DNA of 64,000 nt from Sphyrna mokarran (GCA_024679065.1 JAGIQG010000003.1:112716001-112780000); one strand, 5' to 3'; positions 25,500 through 38,870 are shown, counted from the first letter of the stretch. Made by a program: numbers and translations. Notes: generated by a model not told the origin, from the sequence alone.

Positions 25500-26685
25500 T
25501 TCGCCTCCCATTTAGTTTCCAGCAATCAGCCCAAATATGTCCTACTTTCTTACAGTGGAAACATTTAGGTCTCTGAATGGCACTTCCACCCTCAGCGCTT
25601 CCTTTTTTGATCTGAGCAGAATTTTCTTGACCATTCCTAACTGTTTCTTCTGTTCCCGAGCTACCTCCCTTCCTTTCACCATTCCATTTCCTATCTTTCT
25701 CAGGTTTATAAAGATGAGGGGAGAAAGGTTTGGTTCTATGGACCAGTTAATATTCACAGCCACATTTATTGCCTGTCTTGCCATTTTAATGCTGCTATTC
25801 TTCAACATGGGTCCCAGCTGCCAAAGAAAGTGAATCTTTAAATTCTTCCAAGATAAGTACTTTCCTCAGAGCTTCCCATGTAATTTCTACCTTTAATTCT
25901 AGCATCCAATGGTCAAAATTATTTTGCTTTATTCTTTTGCATTCGATGTTGTCTTTTTGGGCTATTTCCTTATATTCCGAAATTTCTGTCTGAATATCTC
26001 AAGAACCAATTCATACAAATTAAAGATAGTTTTTTTTAATTGCATTATATTTTATAAATGCCTCTTCTGGTAGTGATGCATACACTTCATGAATTCTACA
26101 AACCTACTTTGTAATAGTAATGTCTACATTTCTTTTTATCACTTCATTTGTTTAGCTACTTTTTCAAATATAATGAAGAATCCTCTATATCATTTTCCTC
26201 AAATTTGGAAGAACTTTTATAAATTTAAACAGTTGCTCACAGGTCTCTTACCTGGAAATAAGTTTTACCTCACCTCTGGTCTTTCTCCTTCTCTCATTCC
26301 TCCTTAGCTAGCTCTGCAAGTTAAGTTTTCACATGTCGAATTCCCTTTCCTTTGTTTTTCTTTCTCTTGCCCTTTTATTTGTTCCATTTGAAGTGCTTTC
26401 TCTTTTTCCTTTTCTTTTGCCTCCAATTCAAATTTTCTTTTCATTGTTAATTAAATCCTAGCCAATTCAAGTGCATCATCTCTTGGAAAAGTTTGTCTCT
26501 CAGGTATACCTTGCCATTTCAATTGCTGCACTTTTATTTTAACTACGTCTGCTTTACTTGTCCCTATAGGTAATTCTAACTAACTGATCTACTAACTCCA
26601 TTAATTGGCTCTTTATTACTTTCCATAAATAAGGCAGGATTGCATCTTCCATCTTTAGAAAAGCCTTAGCAACTTCCAATGCCAT
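25500..26685 (-). pseudogene. Decayed Gmr1-type gag (SCAN-related capsid plus CCHC zinc knuckle)
   Basis: MALEVAKAFLKMED..., LELARI*LTMKRKFELE..., FEKVAKQMK..TLLLQS, YELV.E.FRQKFRN..., LILEEFKDSL, and the knuckle CFHCKKVGHIWADC (~25522-25563). Multiple stops and frameshifts. Confidence 0.88.
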
Positions 26686-26902
26686 TTTGGATTCCAACCC
26701 ATATAATTTAACAGTAACTCTAGTTCCTATGTCCACTACTCCCATGGACCTTTTCTTTAAGGATTCACAGAACTCACCGAATGACAATAAATCCCATACC
26801 CAGTTTTGCTACTTAGTGTCCAGTAACTTATTGCCCACATATTGAAAGATCCTGATGAATTATTATTAATCAGCATCCAAAACTCTGCTCCCAAATTTCA
26901 GA

Positions 26903-26923
26903 AAATCCCGCATGAGTACCTGC
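26903..26923 (-). other. Degenerate tRNA-Pro primer-binding site
   Basis: Minus strand gcaggtactcatgcgggattt against canonical tgggggctcgtccgggattt, immediately after the LTR end. Confidence 0.55.
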
Positions 26924-26926
26924 TTC

Positions 26927-27891
26927 TGTTATAATTTTCAGCTGACGTTACTATTGAACAGTCAGATCCCAGAGCAGAACATTGGCTTAGTGGATCATTA
27001 TTTCTACTTTTTTGTTCAGAGGTATTTATGAACAGAGTCACAGGACTACAGATTGACTTTTAACAAAAGAACAAAACAATTATTCAGCAAGAAAAAAATA
27101 ACTATAATACACAACTTCTTCATTTCCATACACTTTCACAGATATACACAGATCTATAGGCATTACACAGGGTACAAATGTCTAATGTTCTACTTTAATA
27201 TTCTCAATATTAAACTGTGTATGTAAACCAATAGGCAAAATGTGGTCAAACACCCCACACTATGAAATCAAGTGACAGATGCCACCTAATTCAACGTCTA
27301 TAGATTTCTCATCAAATCCTCCAAATACCTGGTACCTCATCATGCCAACAAAACACCACTGCTTTACAAGCTGTATTAAGTGTCCGGAATGTTAGGATTA
27401 CTTCAGATGCCTGACTTCTTGCTAACCACTTCATCAAATCTGCACCATGCAGCTCTGTCTTTGACTGGGAGTGTCTTGACTTCAGTGAACAGTAACTGGT
27501 TTAGATTCCAGTTCTTCATCCCTTGACTCAGTCTTCCTGTGACTCCACTTTCACCATCTGGTTTCTAGAACGAATTAGTCTTTAGCTTCTGGGACTTAGA
27601 ACTACCTTCAAACTGAACCCAACTGCTTCTATTCTTCAGTGTGTGTCTCATGTTTGCTAAGCAACACTTAGTATTTTTCACACTGTAACTGATTTTGTGT
27701 CATAAATCTTTGATTACAATGCAGGCTCAGTTTAAAGTGAAATCAAATCCATTGACATGCAGGCATCTTTGTGTAACATAAAGCTATCACAAGTTTTAAC
27801 TGAAAATTAATCTTAAGCTTGATCTTTTACCCCATTTCTAATATTCACAAATACAGCTATCAGTTCTTTAAAGCAGCACTATTTCCAATCA
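26927..27891 (-). repeat. 5' LTR
   Basis: Homologous to 21769-23393 and followed on the minus strand by the PBS and gag. Confidence 0.85.
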
Positions 27892-28059
27892 ATGAGAATA
27901 TATCCACAGTCCATTTGGCAGTAAATATATGGTGTAACAACCTATCTGAAATCACCTGCCCTGTAAACCACCATCAAAAGTCTCCCTTCAAATTTCCTTA
28001 ACTGTTCCAGAATGTTCATCTGTGGGAAGGATTCCATGATTTTACCATTTTGATTCTAA

Positions 28060-29247
28060 GTGCTGATTCTGGGTGTAGTACAAATCTGATTTAGAACCTG
28101 CTTTCAGATGCCCCATACGCTCTCAACCATCTCCAGCCCGATTCACACTGTGCGTTGGGCTTAGCACTGCAGGAACAATCGGAGCTCTGAACTGCAGTTA
28201 AAAAAAATTAGGAAAAGCACACCTGTGTCAGATCACTCCTGAGTCGCAGAAAGCTGAGAAAGTAGGCCAGGAGCGAAAAGTGAGAGTGAGGATGTATCTA
28301 GGGTAGGGGAGAGGAGGGAGGTGGTAAGATGTATCTTGGGAGGTGCAGTTGGATCTCTGGTGGGGGCAGGGGGATCTGCTTCCACTCTGAGGGCAATCGA
28401 TGAAGGGGAGAGGGGACAGGGATGGCAATCAGTCTGGATAGTCAAGGGTGGATATGGGGGGGCATTGATATTGTGAGTAATGAAGGGGTATATAAGGGGG
28501 ACACACACACACACACATCATTGCCCCCTTAGCCACCACTAGATTGATTGCCTGCCTCTCCCCACCAGAGATCCATCTGACTCACCTCCCTCCTCCCCAC
28601 CCCCCCTGCCAAAAACAATGATCTGGGCCTTACTTCCACTTCTCTGACAACAAACCTGCCTCACTCCCCCCCACCTCCCAGAGAATGGTCTGACCTCACT
28701 TTCCCTCCCCTCCAGAAGATCATCTGACCTATCTCCTACACCCCATCCCCCAACCACCAGACAACTATCAGGTCTCCCGCCCACCAACAGGCAATGATCA
28801 GCCCTTCCCATCCCCCACCAGAGATACATCTGACCCATCTCCTCCTCCTCCCCCCTCCTACCAGGGAATGATCCAACCCACCTCTGCTCCCACCCCCACC
28901 ACTGATCTGGGTCAGACAGCCTTTGGAATTACTGAATGCTCTCTTCAGGAGCTGGAGTACCAGACTCAGACTTTTATTCAGCAGGTCCCTAATGGTGTGG
29001 TTCTGGATCGGCAAACGCAGTGGTAAAAGGGGAAATGCTGATAGAGTTGAGCTGGCAGTTCATTAATTAATTCAACTTAAATGTATACAAATGTCCAATT
29101 TGGATGCGGAATGGATCCATTCGCTGGTCTCGATAAAGTGGCAATCTGCGTGGACACGGGTGCAGATCGCAATAAAGGCCTCATACCCAACTTTACCATG
29201 GTTTCGCATTAGAAAACAGTAACAAATTGTTGGTAAAATCAGGCCCA
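28060..29247. mobile_element. GC-rich non-autonomous repeat with internal ~40-45 bp tandem units and a (CA)n tract
   Basis: Repeated cccaccagagat.catctgac units at 28560-28900; (ac)n at 28501-28518. Confidence 0.55.
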
Positions 29248-31157
29248 ATATCCTTCCAAAAAAAGGCTACAAACCAAGGAGGGCAAAGTCTTGAAAAAAT
29301 GGTGCCTCTCCCTTGGCAGAATTTATAGCCTTCAGAGTCGATATAACAAACTAATTTGTAATTCCCAGGCAGATATTGAGAAGAACTTCAAACAAGGAGT
29401 AGTTTCCAGACATTACTTCCTTTTGAGTAGTTACGATTCTGTTGAAAGGACTATTGATTTTCTCAGGAAAAATACCAATTTCAAATACAGTGAATAAAGA
29501 ATTTGTCACCATTTTACTTGGAAATTTTCAAGTACTAATTTATTTTTTTAAGGAACCACCGGGCCAGATTTTATTCACCTCCCAACAATGTATTTTCAGC
29601 AGTGCAGGCAGCTCACCATTGGCCATTGGCTGTTGTTCCTGTTCAACCAAAATCTATGGTGTTTTATGTGGCCCAACTGTCCTGCTGCCAGGAACACATC
29701 ATGGGGAGTGAGGGATCTCCCTTCAGTGGGACCAGAAGATTCCATCAACAGTAAGGGCCCGAAAACCCCATCCAGCAATATTCTTTAAGACAATATCAAT
29801 GGTGCTGAGCTTGAGCCCATGTCGGCATAGGCTCAAGTTCTGGAAGTTACAGTTCTTGCCGGCAGGTTTGCAATTTAATGGGCATGAACCTGCTTTACAT
29901 GCATTTGAATGGATTTTAATAAAATTAACTTGCCCCTTGCCAGATGCTGACAGCTTCACTGTATATTGACACTGTGGTAAAGTGACAGATGCCACCCAAT
30001 TCAACTTCTATGGATTTCTGGCAATTTCCCTGGCACTACCCCTTGGCACAGGTTGACACTACCAAGGCAGTGCCAATCTGTTCCAAGGGGCATGCCTTAG
30101 TGGGAGTCTCATACAGGGTATTCATTTAGATGTAGCAGCAACTGGGAGCGTATGAAGGACTTGGGGATTTCGGCAATGACTTGGTGGGGGAGTGGTTAGG
30201 AGGAGGTATGCAGATAGGACAATGTGAGTGCTGGCTCAGACTGTGTGATGTAGGGGATTGGGGGGGGGGGGGGGTGCGGTGTAGTGAAAAGGGCCAAAGA
30301 TAGAGGAGTAAGTAGAGAAGTGCTGATTCTAATCAAGGATGTGGAAGGGAGCACCTGACACCTCCATGGTGGACTTGGAGAAAGATTTACTCAAGTTATG
30401 TTCAGGGCGCCCTTTAAAGATGGTACCCTGATCACTGTACAGCCAAGTTTTACCAGCTTGCTGAGGTTCTGCACTATAATACCACCTCCGCCCTCCCTCC
30501 CTCCCACATATGATGACATGTCACATTGATTTTTTTTGGTAAGCTGTTGTAAGATCTGGAGTGAAATCTCACCAGAAACACGACAGCCATTTTTGGTAAG
30601 ATCTAGCACATTATATTATATGTTCCCAAGACAATGGAAAAGCTTAACATTGCCAAACCCTTGAGGAAATATTGGAATTTGAGAATTATCCATTCATCAG
30701 AGATTAACCATTATTTTTATTTTTAGCTATGTATATTCACATGAAGCAATCATTTTATAATTAACATAGGACAGAATCATCCCTCGTACACAATACATTT
30801 TTATAGAATGTATATTTACTTTATTTATAGCGCGTACATTTACAAAGTACATACGTTGCTGCTAAATTTATTTATTTTTAAGTTTATTTCCTGTCAGGCT
30901 ATGATAATAGAACAAGCCAGATGACAGATGATCATAGTAAATTATCAAAAATAAGATGTTTAAAAGGGCCCTGTTCAAATCTATTCATCTTTTAATCACA
31001 CAAAAAATAATCAGCAGGTAAGAAATTAGTTGTACAATCAAAGCAATCAAGTTATATTCAAGTCCCACCTGGGATCAAGTTCAGTTCTTCTTTCACATTA
31101 TCTGAAACTCAAAACTATGTTACTAACTTTGACATACATGAACAGGCCCAGATTTCG

Positions 31158-31520
31158 AATTTTGATTTGATATACTATTGTCACATGTATTAATATACAG
31201 TTAAAAGTATTGTTCCTGGTGTGCTATACAGACAAAACATACCATTCATAGAGAAGGAAATGAGTCGGTGCAGAATGTAGTGTTACAGTCATAGCTAGAG
31301 TGTCGAGAAAGATCTACTTAATGTGAGATAGTCCATGCAAAAGTCTCACAGCAACAGAGAAGAAGCTGTTCTTGAGACGGTTGGTATGTGACCTCAGACT
31401 TTTATATCTTGTTCCCGAAGGAAGAAAGTGGAAGAGAGAATGTCTGCAAGGTGCGGGGTCCTTAATTATGCTGGCTGCTTTGCTGAGGCAGCAGGAAGTA
31501 TCGACAGAGTCAGTAGATGG
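31158..31520 (-). mobile_element. Rex1/Babar LINE 3' end
   Basis: Reverse complement of the 47500-48013 copy, starting with the tttgatttga tail. Confidence 0.8.
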
Positions 31521-34500
31521 ATTTTACTGTGATATTAAAGGTGAGGCTATCAAAACTTACCACCTTTGCAGGATAAACCTGAAAGCAAATTCCAGCATCT
31601 GCACAAATTAGATATACATGAAAATCCAGAAGTTTAGAATTGACTTACTCCTCCAAATGACATGCTGTTGTAATCTTTGCTAATAGAGTCAGCACAGTAA
31701 TGGAGTGAACTTTGGAGACTTTGTTCATTAATTCTACACAGATGTTGGCTGAGAAAGGTAAAGGTGACACATTTAGTAGTGAGTTTTTAACTGATTAATT
31801 CAAGTGATATATATTGCTGAACAACTCTCCGGCTCTGAAAAATTATTTTTATTAGTGTAGACTCTCATTCCCTCAACAGAAAATTGATGTTGCAAATTTA
31901 AATACTAAATAATTTTTTTTGCTTTTTTTCTGCTTATCTCTTTAGCTGTATTTCACATTTAATTTTCTTCTAATCTCCATTTCACTTTCTCTACATCATG
32001 AAAATCTACTTTATATTTCATGTTTTATATTTTTTAGTTTTGAAGCTGTGTGTCTCAGTAAAAATTTTTCAACCTGATTGCTTGAAAAGCCTCATTATTG
32101 TTGCCTGTTCACAGTGCCACAGATACAATGTAGAGGAAGCCACTTTGGAAAAGATACGGGATTCATGGAATTCTCCACTGATAAGCCTGCAAAGGTTTGT
32201 GACAAAACCAGCAAAAGCCATTCCTTTGCTGCTGAGAGAAAAATCCATGACATTATATTTGATGCAACTGTTTTTTTCAACAACTCACCAATTTCCATAA
32301 ATGCAGAACACATACAAGTAATGAGATATTATCAAACATATGTCTTTGATTATGACTAAGAAAAAGTGAGGTATTGAGTTATTCATCATGTTATATATAT
32401 CACCCTGTGATATCATTTACTGGTATTATACTTTGCAAAGTTCCACTGATGATTCAAATGTTCAACTAATATAATCTTATGCATTTTCCAACTCAAGTAT
32501 GATCATTTTATTATCTGTTATACTATAAACACAATGATATTTTTCTCATTTATCCCAGTTTCTGCTAATGCTATTATTATAACCCACATTATCTTGCTGA
32601 TAGTCAACAGTGTTATTAAACCATTCAAAAACTGATAATAAATGCTAAGCAAAAGATTGATCAAGAAATTTAAAAAGTGAAAGAAAAAAACTGTTTCTGA
32701 ATAAACAATGTATCTGATTGCAACATTATCACACTCATTCTGTGCAAAACTCAATAATTGCTCTTCTAATGCATTTTTTTCTCAATAAAAGGAAGGAGAA
32801 CTAACTTGTAAAATGGCAACAGTATGATAGTTGCAATTTTAAGTATTCTCAGGCATTATTTGAAAACTCCACACTTACTCTTGAAATTAGTAGTTTGAGA
32901 TGGTGCTTTGTATGCAAATTTATTTGTGTATATATATTGTCAAAGATGCATTAGTTAGCAGGGATGGTTTTACCAAGTCTTTTGCAATGTAAGCTTGGCC
33001 TTCTGTGGGAGGCTGACAATCTCTTGCACACTGTGAAATCTACATGACAACTGTAAAAACCTTGTAAATTAGCTATGTTTGTTTCATAGAAAAATATATA
33101 TATGAAGAGAGAAACACAGAGAGAGAAGAGAATATCTAATATTGAAGCAGTTTTCCATAAATCTGTTCTCTGGTATATTACCCAGAATCATCACACCAAT
33201 GCATAAGTCGACAGTTTATAAATCAAGATAAAATTTGTTTGAGCGATTGAATCTGAGACTGTAGTTAAGGTGATGCCCATAATAATACGCAACATGCTGG
33301 AAACATACAGGAGGTCTGTCACATCCATCAGCGGAAAAGATAGGTTTACATTTCTGGTGTAACCCTGCAAGCAGCAAGGGCCTGTCACAATTTCCACCAT
33401 TTTATCCCATTATATTTGCAACGCTTACAATGTTGCATTTAAGAAATATTATTCTAGATTTAGACCAACATCTATTTGGCCTAGTACATTTTTCCATCTT
33501 GAATCGCTCTCTTTATGTATTTCATTATTTTTGTATTTCCATAAAAGCATTCCTTGGCAATACAGAACCACTTAAGTGGCATTCTGAAATACTAAAATAT
33601 AAGATGCTCCAAATACTTTAACTTTTCTCTTTTTATGACGTAGGTTGCACCACATGTGTTCCAAGAGATTAAAAAATGCTTCTTCATAGTTTAATACTCT
33701 TACATTCACAATTATTATCAGCACATCATTATACAATCTTATAAAATAACACAAAGCTGGGACATCACGGTAAGAAATGAGAAACGTATCTTTCTGGTAT
33801 TGGACATTTTCCATTTTTGAGTATAACACAGGAGAACAGCCAAAACTATTTGCAGACTAATGGTAAGGATAAGGTAAAATCATCAAAACTGACTATATGT
33901 TTTATATGTTTAAATTAATCACATGGATTCTATTAATATTTTCATTATTCTGGGTTAGTGATTGTAAAAGTAAAATAGCCTAACTATTGCTAGTCACCAA
34001 CTAACTAAATCACTTATCACATGTACTTCAGACCGTGTTTAAAAATACACCATGTAATAAATAAATCACCATATCACCCCCATAGTATAATTACTTGTGA
34101 AAAGAGCATACTTTATTATGATATTCTCTCATTCATGTGAAGCATGATCTTATACTACTAATGCTTTGATCTGTGTGACATATGGGTCCTTCACGCTTTG
34201 TGAAAAATCCCCACAATGCATCATTATGCATTTATGGTATTGTGAATTGGCCTGTTTACACTTATTTAATTCAGTTATTTTATTTTATAAAATCATATTC
34301 TAATGTTGGCATTTTAATTGCCCAACATTTCGATGTATCTTAAACAATAGGCCGACTAAAAACATGCAATTCATTCTGTTTACAATTACTATAGCACATA
34401 ATTATTTTGCGATAAAGTTACTTATTTGACATAGGTTTTAACTCCTATTCTTCATTTCAATAGCATTTTAATGGACTGTGCAACAATTCTTTTTCAGAGT

Positions 34501-35027
34501 CCTGTAGCAGTGCACCAGAATATTATCCAGCTATGCACCTGAACAGTTAGATAAGATACTCATTTCTCTTATCTGTAATGGTGTAATACATCCCAGCGCT
34601 GGGGCGAAATGACAGCGGGATGAAGTCAGCGCACTGTATGGGCTGCAAAAATCACACACTAACTATGTATGTGGCTAGTTTTTCCAAACTAAAATATATT
34701 GAAAAACTCAAGTGAAAAGTAAACGGTTGCCGGTCAGAACAATGAAAGTTAGCCCTAGACTCTGCTAACTGAGCCAAGAATGGTCAATTAAATCAGTATC
34801 AGTCATGATAGGATGACATAAATCTTAGCTTCTGCAAGCGGACAGCTATCGAAAGGACTGCCAAACATGTTCAATTAAATACGCATCAGTTAAAATGGAA
34901 TGATAAATATCACAGCTTATTGAAGAGGGTCAGTTACTTAAAATCCAAATAACTGTTAAGTGACTATTAAGTTCTAAAACAATCAGACAATAATTCTAAC
35001 ATTAAAAAATGAAAAGAGGTTGTTTAC

Positions 35028-35109
35028 CTTCTGCAGGAATTGTGAGCCTGAATATTTGGCTGAAATAGATTTGATTTCCCCTCCAAAGGCTGAAGCCCAT
35101 AGTTTTACC
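35028..35109 (-). CDS. CACNA2D3: CACNA2D3 coding exon 2 (82 nt)
   Basis: ttttttag|G GTA AAA CTA TGG...CAG AAG|gtaaac encodes VKLWASAFGGEIKSISAKYSGSQFLQK, against human VKLWASAFGGEIKSIAAKYSGSQLLQK (CACNA2D4 has ADTFGGDL). The phase fits exon 1. Confidence 0.96.
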
Positions 35110-35488
35110 CTAAAAAAGACATTAATATATGGATGGTAACATTGGAAAGAGAGAGAACAATTTGATTTCCAGTTGTAATCAATAGGAAGTAATCCTGTTG
35201 TTTCTTCTTTAATTAATTTTGTCATATCACACAAGATTTTTTTTTACCTATCAAGCATTTTTGAGATCCAAATGTTGGTGTGCAATACATCAGATCAGAC
35301 TAAACTATAGATTTCGGGCTATTACGCAGAACATGAGGTTATGTTTTATGAACCATAGAGATTCTGCAGCGTTGCAAAACACTAGTATTAAACCAAGTTT
35401 AAATTTAATCCAACGTGCATTCACTTAACTGCAGACACAATCAACTGACTGGACATGAAATGCAAAAAGAACAGAAATCAAGACTTAC

Positions 35489-35607
35489 ACATTTAGGGGA
35501 ATTTGTTGCTGAGATTCTTTCGCTTGTGTCAGTGTAATACTGAAAGATGTCCACACGATTACAGAAAAGCTACAGAAAGCTTGTAAAATATGCATGTCTC
35601 TCTGCAT
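35489..35607 (-). CDS. CACNA2D3: Voltage-dependent calcium channel alpha-2/delta-3, coding exon 1 (signal peptide)
   Basis: Manual minus-strand translation gives MQRDMHILQAFCSFSVIVWTSFSITLTQAKESQQQIPLN+GT, then donor gtaagt (phase 2). The end matches human ...SEQQIPLSV. An in-frame stop lies upstream (~35707) and the ATG has A at -3. Too short for the ORF track. Confidence 0.92.
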
Positions 35608-36480
35608 TTTTTTTGTACTTCCACAGATCAGAACGAAGTGCACAATTAGAATAAAGCTGATTACTAATGGTATACCGCGCTGTGTCTCGGGGTTTAAAAT
35701 AGATTGTCAGTTCATTTTCATTTCTGGGACATCCCAGATAAAAGAGAGACAAAAAAAAACGGGGAAGCAACTGAAAAGCTTCAGTGAGTTCAAAATGTTG
35801 CTGCTGGTATTAGATCCTCGGTAGTCAGACCGATTCTACCTTTACTGCAGGCAGTTGCATTTACTTCTTAACAACTCTGCAGTATGCAGTCCCCTGTATA
35901 ATATCATCATTCAGTGACCTACTGCCGGTCCGGTGTGCCCTCTGCTACAGGCCACAAGAGTCTATTGATTTCAACAGAGTAAGCTATCTTCGCACAATTA
36001 ATGTTCACTGTATAGATGTAAAGCTGCCTGCAGGCTCCCTTTATCTTCCTGGTAACCTCGAGCATTCATCCCACATCAAGTCATGCAGCGCTGGTTCACC
36101 GGAGCAGGCATTAATGGAAAGTGCTGATGAAAGGCAGTAAGAGCACTGGGAGAAAAAAAATTGTGACACAATGCCTCTTCCAGGACTGATAGCAGGGCTG
36201 AGTGAGAAGCACTTTGCTGTAGGGCTGACAGGGGGGTTGAGCTCAAAGTGACTCACGGACCTTACACTTGAGATGGTGAACACCCACTGGAGACGTCCCA
36301 ATTCATTTCGTGCGCCGCTGCTCGAAATCTTTTCGTATTCAGCTGACGGGGTGGAGTTGACTACAAAGTGAATCGAGTAACTCTCAAGACAAAAATAAGC
36401 GCACGCACTCAGAGGAGAATTATCACAGGGGAAAATAGTACCGAGCCACGTTAAAATCATCTTTAAAACAGCAGACCCTT
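35608..36480 (-). promoter_or_regulatory. Putative CACNA2D3 5' UTR / promoter (CpG-retaining, repeat-free)
   Basis: Lies directly upstream of the start codon. CpG is visibly more frequent than in the flanks and no TE sequence was recognised. The TSS cannot be determined from sequence. Confidence 0.6.
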
Positions 36481-36538
36481 TTCAGGTGCACAGTCTGGTC
36501 TGCAACAAATTCAATTAAGTCTTGTAGTACAGAATGAC

Positions 36539-36894
36539 TGCATTGGAGTGTTAAGGGAAAAAATGAAGACTTGAAAAGACTTATGAATGAAAGGAAATGC
36601 AACATAAGTAAATCAATGCGGGCTAAATGACTCAACACTGCGAATGAATAATTAATTGCTTCATGTAGAGGAATCCCTTTGGTAAAGTATGTATAAGATC
36701 ACAAGCTAACACAACGTAATATCTGTTCATTTGGGACATCTCTCTCGCCTGTTCATTGCCGTTACACAATGTATCTGTACATTTCAATTATTCTCTATGT
36801 GAACAATTTCCTGACAAGTGTCTTATTTAAAGGTTGGACTCCAAGAAATTATTAACAAAATTACCCTGACAATTCACTCTCTCAACTACAGTAA
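36539..36894 (+). repeat. Local duplication, copy 1
   Basis: Collinear similarity with 39620-39967. Confidence 0.85.
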
Positions 36895-37261
36895 CAGCTT
36901 GGCAAATGTACTGCATATCGGTGGTCAGACTGGATCTCACCAGAGGAACTTATTCGCTTTTTAACTCCTTTTGATCTCATGTTGCCGCAATTGAGTAAAC
37001 GGACCCCTTCGGACTTTGATTATAAGGAAGTCCTGCAGACAGTATCATCATCATCAGATGTTAGTTATCAATCGCCTGGATTTTGTCATTATTGTAAAGT
37101 AAATTATTGTTGTAATTGCGTTGTTCATCCTTGCCCAAGTGGTGCAAAATTCAAGCTGGTCTTTTATTAGATTTCAATTGTGCGGGCGCTGTTCCCTCAT
37201 CAAAAATACTGTTACCGGCCCTCTTTCTTTAATACAACCTCAATTTCTTCATGCTCCCCAA

Positions 37262-37501
37262 CTATAGTGTTATGTGTCATATATAGTACCAACCGACTGA
37301 AGAACAGTTTCTTTCCTGCTGTGGTCAGACTTTTGAATGGACCTAGTTTGTATTAAGTTAATCTTTCTCTACACCCTAACTATAACACTACATTCTGCCT
37401 TCGTTTCCTTCTCTATAAAATGTAAGCTTTGTCTGTAGAGCGCACAAGAAACAATACTTTTCACTGTATGCTAATACATGTGATAATAAATCAAATCAAA
37501 T
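37262..37501 (+). mobile_element. Rex1/Babar LINE 3' end
   Basis: accaaccgactgaagaacagtttctttcc...ttttcactgta...ataaatcaaatcaaat. Confidence 0.8.
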
Positions 37502-37559
37502 GTGAAAGGTTCCCTCCGTTCCCTTCTCAAAGGTGTTTTCATCATTAAACTCCAGGCTC

Positions 37560-38870
37560 AATAATCCTATTATTTGCTGTTCAAATTGTTTCCATCCGAT
37601 TTTTCGACTGTGCAGCACTGAGATTAGCCTAGTTAATGCCAATTATATCCTTTGTGAATGCATCTGGAGTGCATTTTCCCTTCTTGTACTCCGCAATCTA
37701 CCTGTGCTATTCAGAACAGTCTACTGCTCCATTACTTGGCCTTTATGGTACATCACTGTCATAACACTTCACATAATTCCACCGCACTTGTCCAAATTAG
37801 CTAACACACGTCCTGTAATTTCTGCTTTTTGCCTTCCATGTGTGACCACTTTCAGCATCTCCCAAGACACAAAGCTTATTCATCTTTTAGGCTTGTTCTG
37901 CGTGTTTCGTTCAGTGACAGAACGTGTTACGTTCTGCCAACGTAATTCCACAATTATTGTACCTTGTTTGCAAAATATGAAAAAAAATTCCATACTGATT
38001 CCATCGCCCTTTGTGGAGTCTGCTCAAATTAAACAGGGAACAACTTTGCCATTCTACTTGACACTGATCTAAACTTCACGGCCCAAAATCTGTCCTTTAT
38101 TGAGCTAGCTTATTTCATAGAGTGTAAGAGAATTTACCTCTATCCTTACTTTAATACCCTTGTTAGTGCTCTGCACATTGTTTGTCCACCTCCATAAACT
38201 GAAACTCATCCAAAGACTTGGTGCATGGATCCATCTATTGTGGTCTTGCACTGTAAAAATCTATTTCTGAACTCTTTCTCATTAACATGCTGCCCTTTGG
38301 CTACATCATCTGTAGATACGAGCTCAACGTCCACCTGTTTGCTGATGATACCCAATTCTACCTTTCCGCCATCTCATTTAACTTATTTTCTGCTTCTGTT
38401 CTATCAGGCTTCTTGACTGATAAACTTGAATGAGTTGCAATTTCTTTTAAATAAACGTTGAGAAGATAAAGTCAATGTCTGTCTACCCCCCAACACAAAC
38501 TATGTAGCATTATTATTAATCGCATTCTTCATCTCCTTCCACTGAATCAAACTTTGAGAATCCTGTTAAACCACAAGTTGAATTTACTTTTTATCACAAA
38601 GATCACCTATTTTTGCCTGTGTAACATTATCCATCCCCACTTCTACATCAGTCCATTTAATACTAAAATCTTAATCCTTTTGTCATCTCAAGAATTGATA
38701 TTCCAATGCTCACTTGGCTGACCCTTCCGTTGTCCACACTCCATGAACTTCAGGACATCCCATATTGCCCATATCCTCCCATGCCAAGTCATGCTCACCC
38801 ATTACTTCTGTCTTTGCCCCAATATCTCAAATGAAAAGACTTCATCCTCATGTTTACACTCTTCAAGGGT
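37560..38870. mobile_element. Old CR1 (minus) and L2 (plus) LINE fragments
   Basis: CR1-like cagcatctcccaag..cttatt...; L2-like tgctgatgatacccaattctac (YADDTQLY) at ~38340. Confidence 0.6.

Larger units (their letters stand above)
21769..27891 (-). mobile_element. Non-autonomous Gmr1-like Gypsy LTR retrotransposon (gag-protease plus captured TPR-like coiled coil; no RT/IN)
   Basis: Two homologous TG...CA LTRs, degenerate PBS, gag/CCHC/protease motifs. Flanks atgg/atga may be a degenerate 4-bp TSD. Confidence 0.88.
1..35027 (-). other. CACNA2D3: CACNA2D3 intron 2 (partial; exon 3 is outside the window)
   Basis: Follows the exon 2 donor. No KYKEYEKDV-like exon 3 was seen downstream, and this intron is very large in mammals. 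Confidence 0.75.

Noticed and set aside
28540-28900. Regularly spaced repeats resembling an array
   Set aside because: Degenerate tandem units inside a GC-rich eukaryotic repeat, with no repeat-spacer architecture; not CRISPR.
31998-32359. Overlapping ORFs with an acceptor-like ttcacag
   Set aside because: Antisense to the host gene, no homology recognised, and no convincing exon structure.
34829-34850. RE1/NRSE-like motif ttctgcaagcggacagc
   Set aside because: The left half-site is mismatched and the spacer is one base short.
36041-36460. 139-aa minus-strand ORF upstream of CACNA2D3
   Set aside because: No recognisable homology; it lies in the promoter/UTR zone, and the true start exon is at 35607.
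37533-38072. 179-aa plus-strand ORF
   Set aside because: Antisense reading of a decayed CR1 fragment.
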